From positions 1-37,046 of the forward strand of contig JAGTUW010000302.1 in NCBI GenBank assembly GCA_018224345.1: DNA of 37,046 nt, given 5' to 3'. Positions 35,502 to 37,046 of the stretch are shown here, piece by piece. Below the pieces are notes generated by a model that did not search any database, was not told where the DNA came from, and saw only the letters and a list, made by a program, of their open reading frames with translations. How positions within the stretch are numbered: position 1 is the first letter of the stretch; every line of letters starts with the position of its first letter. A program made the translations under genes and the position numbers. Origin of the DNA: Bacteroidota bacterium (lineage in GTDB: Bacteria; Bacteroidota; Ignavibacteria; SZUA-365).

Positions 35502-37046
35502 ATGCCCGTCCTGCAACCATGGCTCTCTCAAGCGCGCTCGGTTGCATCACTACTCGGCTTCTCCGCGTTTTCCTTTCTGTTCTTCCTCGGTGCTTCTGTC
35601 GAAGCCGTGTTTCGCATGCCTGTCATCACCATCGAATGCGCCATGGAATGGAATGACTTCGTGCAGGCAGGAATGGGAACGTCGATGGGGACGCCCGGCC
35701 GCCCGGCGATGACGGACGCTTTCAATCAGGAGATGTCCGCACAGCACACTGCCACGCTGGCCACCAGTATAGAAATGAACGAACGCACGGCGGAGACGGA
35801 TATGCCGGGAACCGCCGATGCAACTGTATCCAATGCGTTGTGGGCAGACGATATGAACACCGCGATGGATGGCACCACGGATTTCGAAATCGTCGATCCT
35901 TTCTCCGTTGATCTCGGACTGGCCTCCTTCGCTTCCTCTCTGCATCGCATGCATGCAAACCCCGTCAGGACCGACAAGGCAGACGGACCTGATGACCCCG
36001 ACGGCCCCGGCGGTCTTGATATTCCACCTTCGGACTCGACCAATCGCGCAAAATTTCTTCCTCCGCGACCGCGACCGTTATCCATGGCCCGTCCTTTTCC
36101 TTCCCGGCTCTCACCATTGTATCTGCAACCAACACGCGGAATTCAACGCATCGTCACCGTTGATCCGGAAAGCGGGATGGTCCTGATCCGTGAAGTCATC
36201 AATGGAAAAGATGTTCGCATTCCTTACCGCATGACGTTGGAGGATTATATCGCCGCCCGCTACGAATACGAACGGGAACGGCGTACAGCGGAAAAAGCAT
36301 CGGAATATGCGTTTGAGGAGGTCGATCCCCTCGAGAATCTGATGCGGAATATCACCGAAATCGATATTCCTGTCGCCCCGAATCCACTGATGAGCATTTT
36401 CGGCGATCGCAGCCGGATCAGTGTGCGCATCAATGGAGCCATTGATATCAATGCGGGCTTTCGTATCGAAAGCTCGGATCAGGAATCCGTGTTTCTCCGC
36501 CCAACAATGTTCTCCCCGAATTTCCGGCAGCAAGTGCAGATCAATGTCAACGGTCTCGTCGGCGACAAGCTCAGCATCCGTGCCGACTGGAGTACCGAAC
36601 GCACGTTCGACTACGAGAATCAACTGAAAATCAAATACACCGGCTACGAGGATGAAATCATTCAGTCGGTCGAAGCGGGGAACGTGTCGCTGCAGACACC
36701 GACGAGCCTGATTCAGGGCAGTGGTGCCCTGTTCGGTCTGAAAGCGGAATTCCAATTGGGCCCGCTGCGCATGCAGACCATCGCCTCACAGAAAAAGGGA
36801 GAATCCGCGCGTCTCGCCATCAACGGTGGTGCACAGGAGCAAACCTTTGAGCGACAGGCCTTTGAATACTCCGACAACCATTACTTCATCGATCAAGCCT
36901 ATCGCGATGTCGATCAGGCCTCGGGCGAATCCCCGTACGAAGCCTATTACAATTACCGTGCGCTGTTTCCAAATTCAAATTCCCCGGTCGTCGTGCGGCC
37001 GGATCTGTACATAAAGGAAATAGAAGTCTGGATTTCGCGTCCTGCC
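35502..37046 (+). CDS. sprA: T9SS translocon / cell-surface protein SprA, N-terminal part (3'-truncated by the window edge)
   Basis: This ORF is not in the supplied track because it has no stop in the window. The frame is open from the TGA at 35394-35396 to nt 37046. Candidate ATGs are 35502 (preceded by GGGGGAATGGT; MPVLQPWLSQARSVASLLGFSAFSFLFFLGASVEA looks like a signal peptide) and 35463. From about nt 36140 the translation reads ...PLMSIFGDRSRISVRINGAIDINAGFRIE...FRQQVQINVNGLVGDKLSIRADWSTERTFDYENQLKIKYTGYEDEIIQSVEAGNVSLQTPTSLIQGSGALFGLKAEFQLGPLRMQTIASQKKGESARLAINGGAQEQTFERQAFEYSDNHYFIDQAYR, which matches the conserved N-terminal blocks of SprA. The 214-aa minus-strand track ORF 36111-36755 is its shadow. 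Confidence 0.85.
   Translation, partial: MPVLQPWLSQARSVASLLGFSAFSFLFFLGASVEAVFRMPVITIECAMEWNDFVQAGMGTSMGTPGRPAMTDAFNQEMSAQHTATLATSIEMNERTAETDMPGTADATVSNALWADDMNTAMDGTTDFEIVDPFSVDLGLASFASSLHRMHANPVRTDKADGPDDPDGPGGLDIPPSDSTNRAKFLPPRPRPLSMARPFPSRLSPLYLQPTRGIQRIVTVDPESGMVLIREVINGKDVRIPYRMTLEDYIAARYEYERERRTAEKASEYAFEEVDPLENLMRNITEIDIPVAPNPLMSIFGDRSRISVRINGAIDINAGFRIESSDQESVFLRPTMFSPNFRQQVQINVNGLVGDKLSIRADWSTERTFDYENQLKIKYTGYEDEIIQSVEAGNVSLQTPTSLIQGSGALFGLKAEFQLGPLRMQTIASQKKGESARLAINGGAQEQTFERQAFEYSDNHYFIDQAYRDVDQASGESPYEAYYNYRALFPNSNSPVVVRPDLYIKEIEVWISRPA

Noticed and set aside
36111-36755. A 214-aa minus-strand ORF, plus several 60-130-aa ORFs between 35200 and 37014.
   Set aside because: The plus-strand frame, open from 35397 to the window end, translates into conserved SprA blocks. 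The listed ORFs are shadows or out-of-frame artefacts.

Overview
The window looks like a chromosomal segment from an FCB-superphylum bacterium (Ignavibacteria/Chlorobi/Bacteroidota-like). The evidence is type-A T9SS C-terminal sorting domains (NYPNPFNPSTTISY...), an SprA translocon gene, a CarboxypepD_reg-type TonB receptor paired with a DUF4249 lipoprotein, and thrombospondin-type OmpA. Clear AGGAG-type ribosome-binding sites argue against classical Bacteroidia. I support 22 protein-coding genes, 19 of them on the minus strand. Most are housekeeping: dapA/dapB plus an M20 hydrolase and an S66 LD-carboxypeptidase, lolA, ftsK, gcvT, transaldolase/FSA, queD, two LptF/G permeases, an NSS transporter and a COG2509 FAD protein. 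I found no rRNA, tRNA, CRISPR array, transposase, integrase or recognisable defence gene. Four parts are non-routine. (1) A 3051-aa secreted orphan giant protein with a T9SS sorting domain has a correctly spaced sigma-54-type -24/-12 motif in the 472-bp spacer upstream, and the T9SS translocon gene sprA lies about 10 kb away. (2) An NtrC-family regulator has lost nearly all its catalytic and sigma-54-contact residues. (3) An uncharacterised uptake-like locus runs small ACT/NikR_C-like protein, TonB-dependent receptor, DUF4249 lipoprotein, 142-aa orphan. (4) An M20-dapB-dapA-S66 operon is joined by overlapping stop and start codons and begins only 28 nt after a strong terminator. All family calls come from reading motifs by eye; no database search was run.
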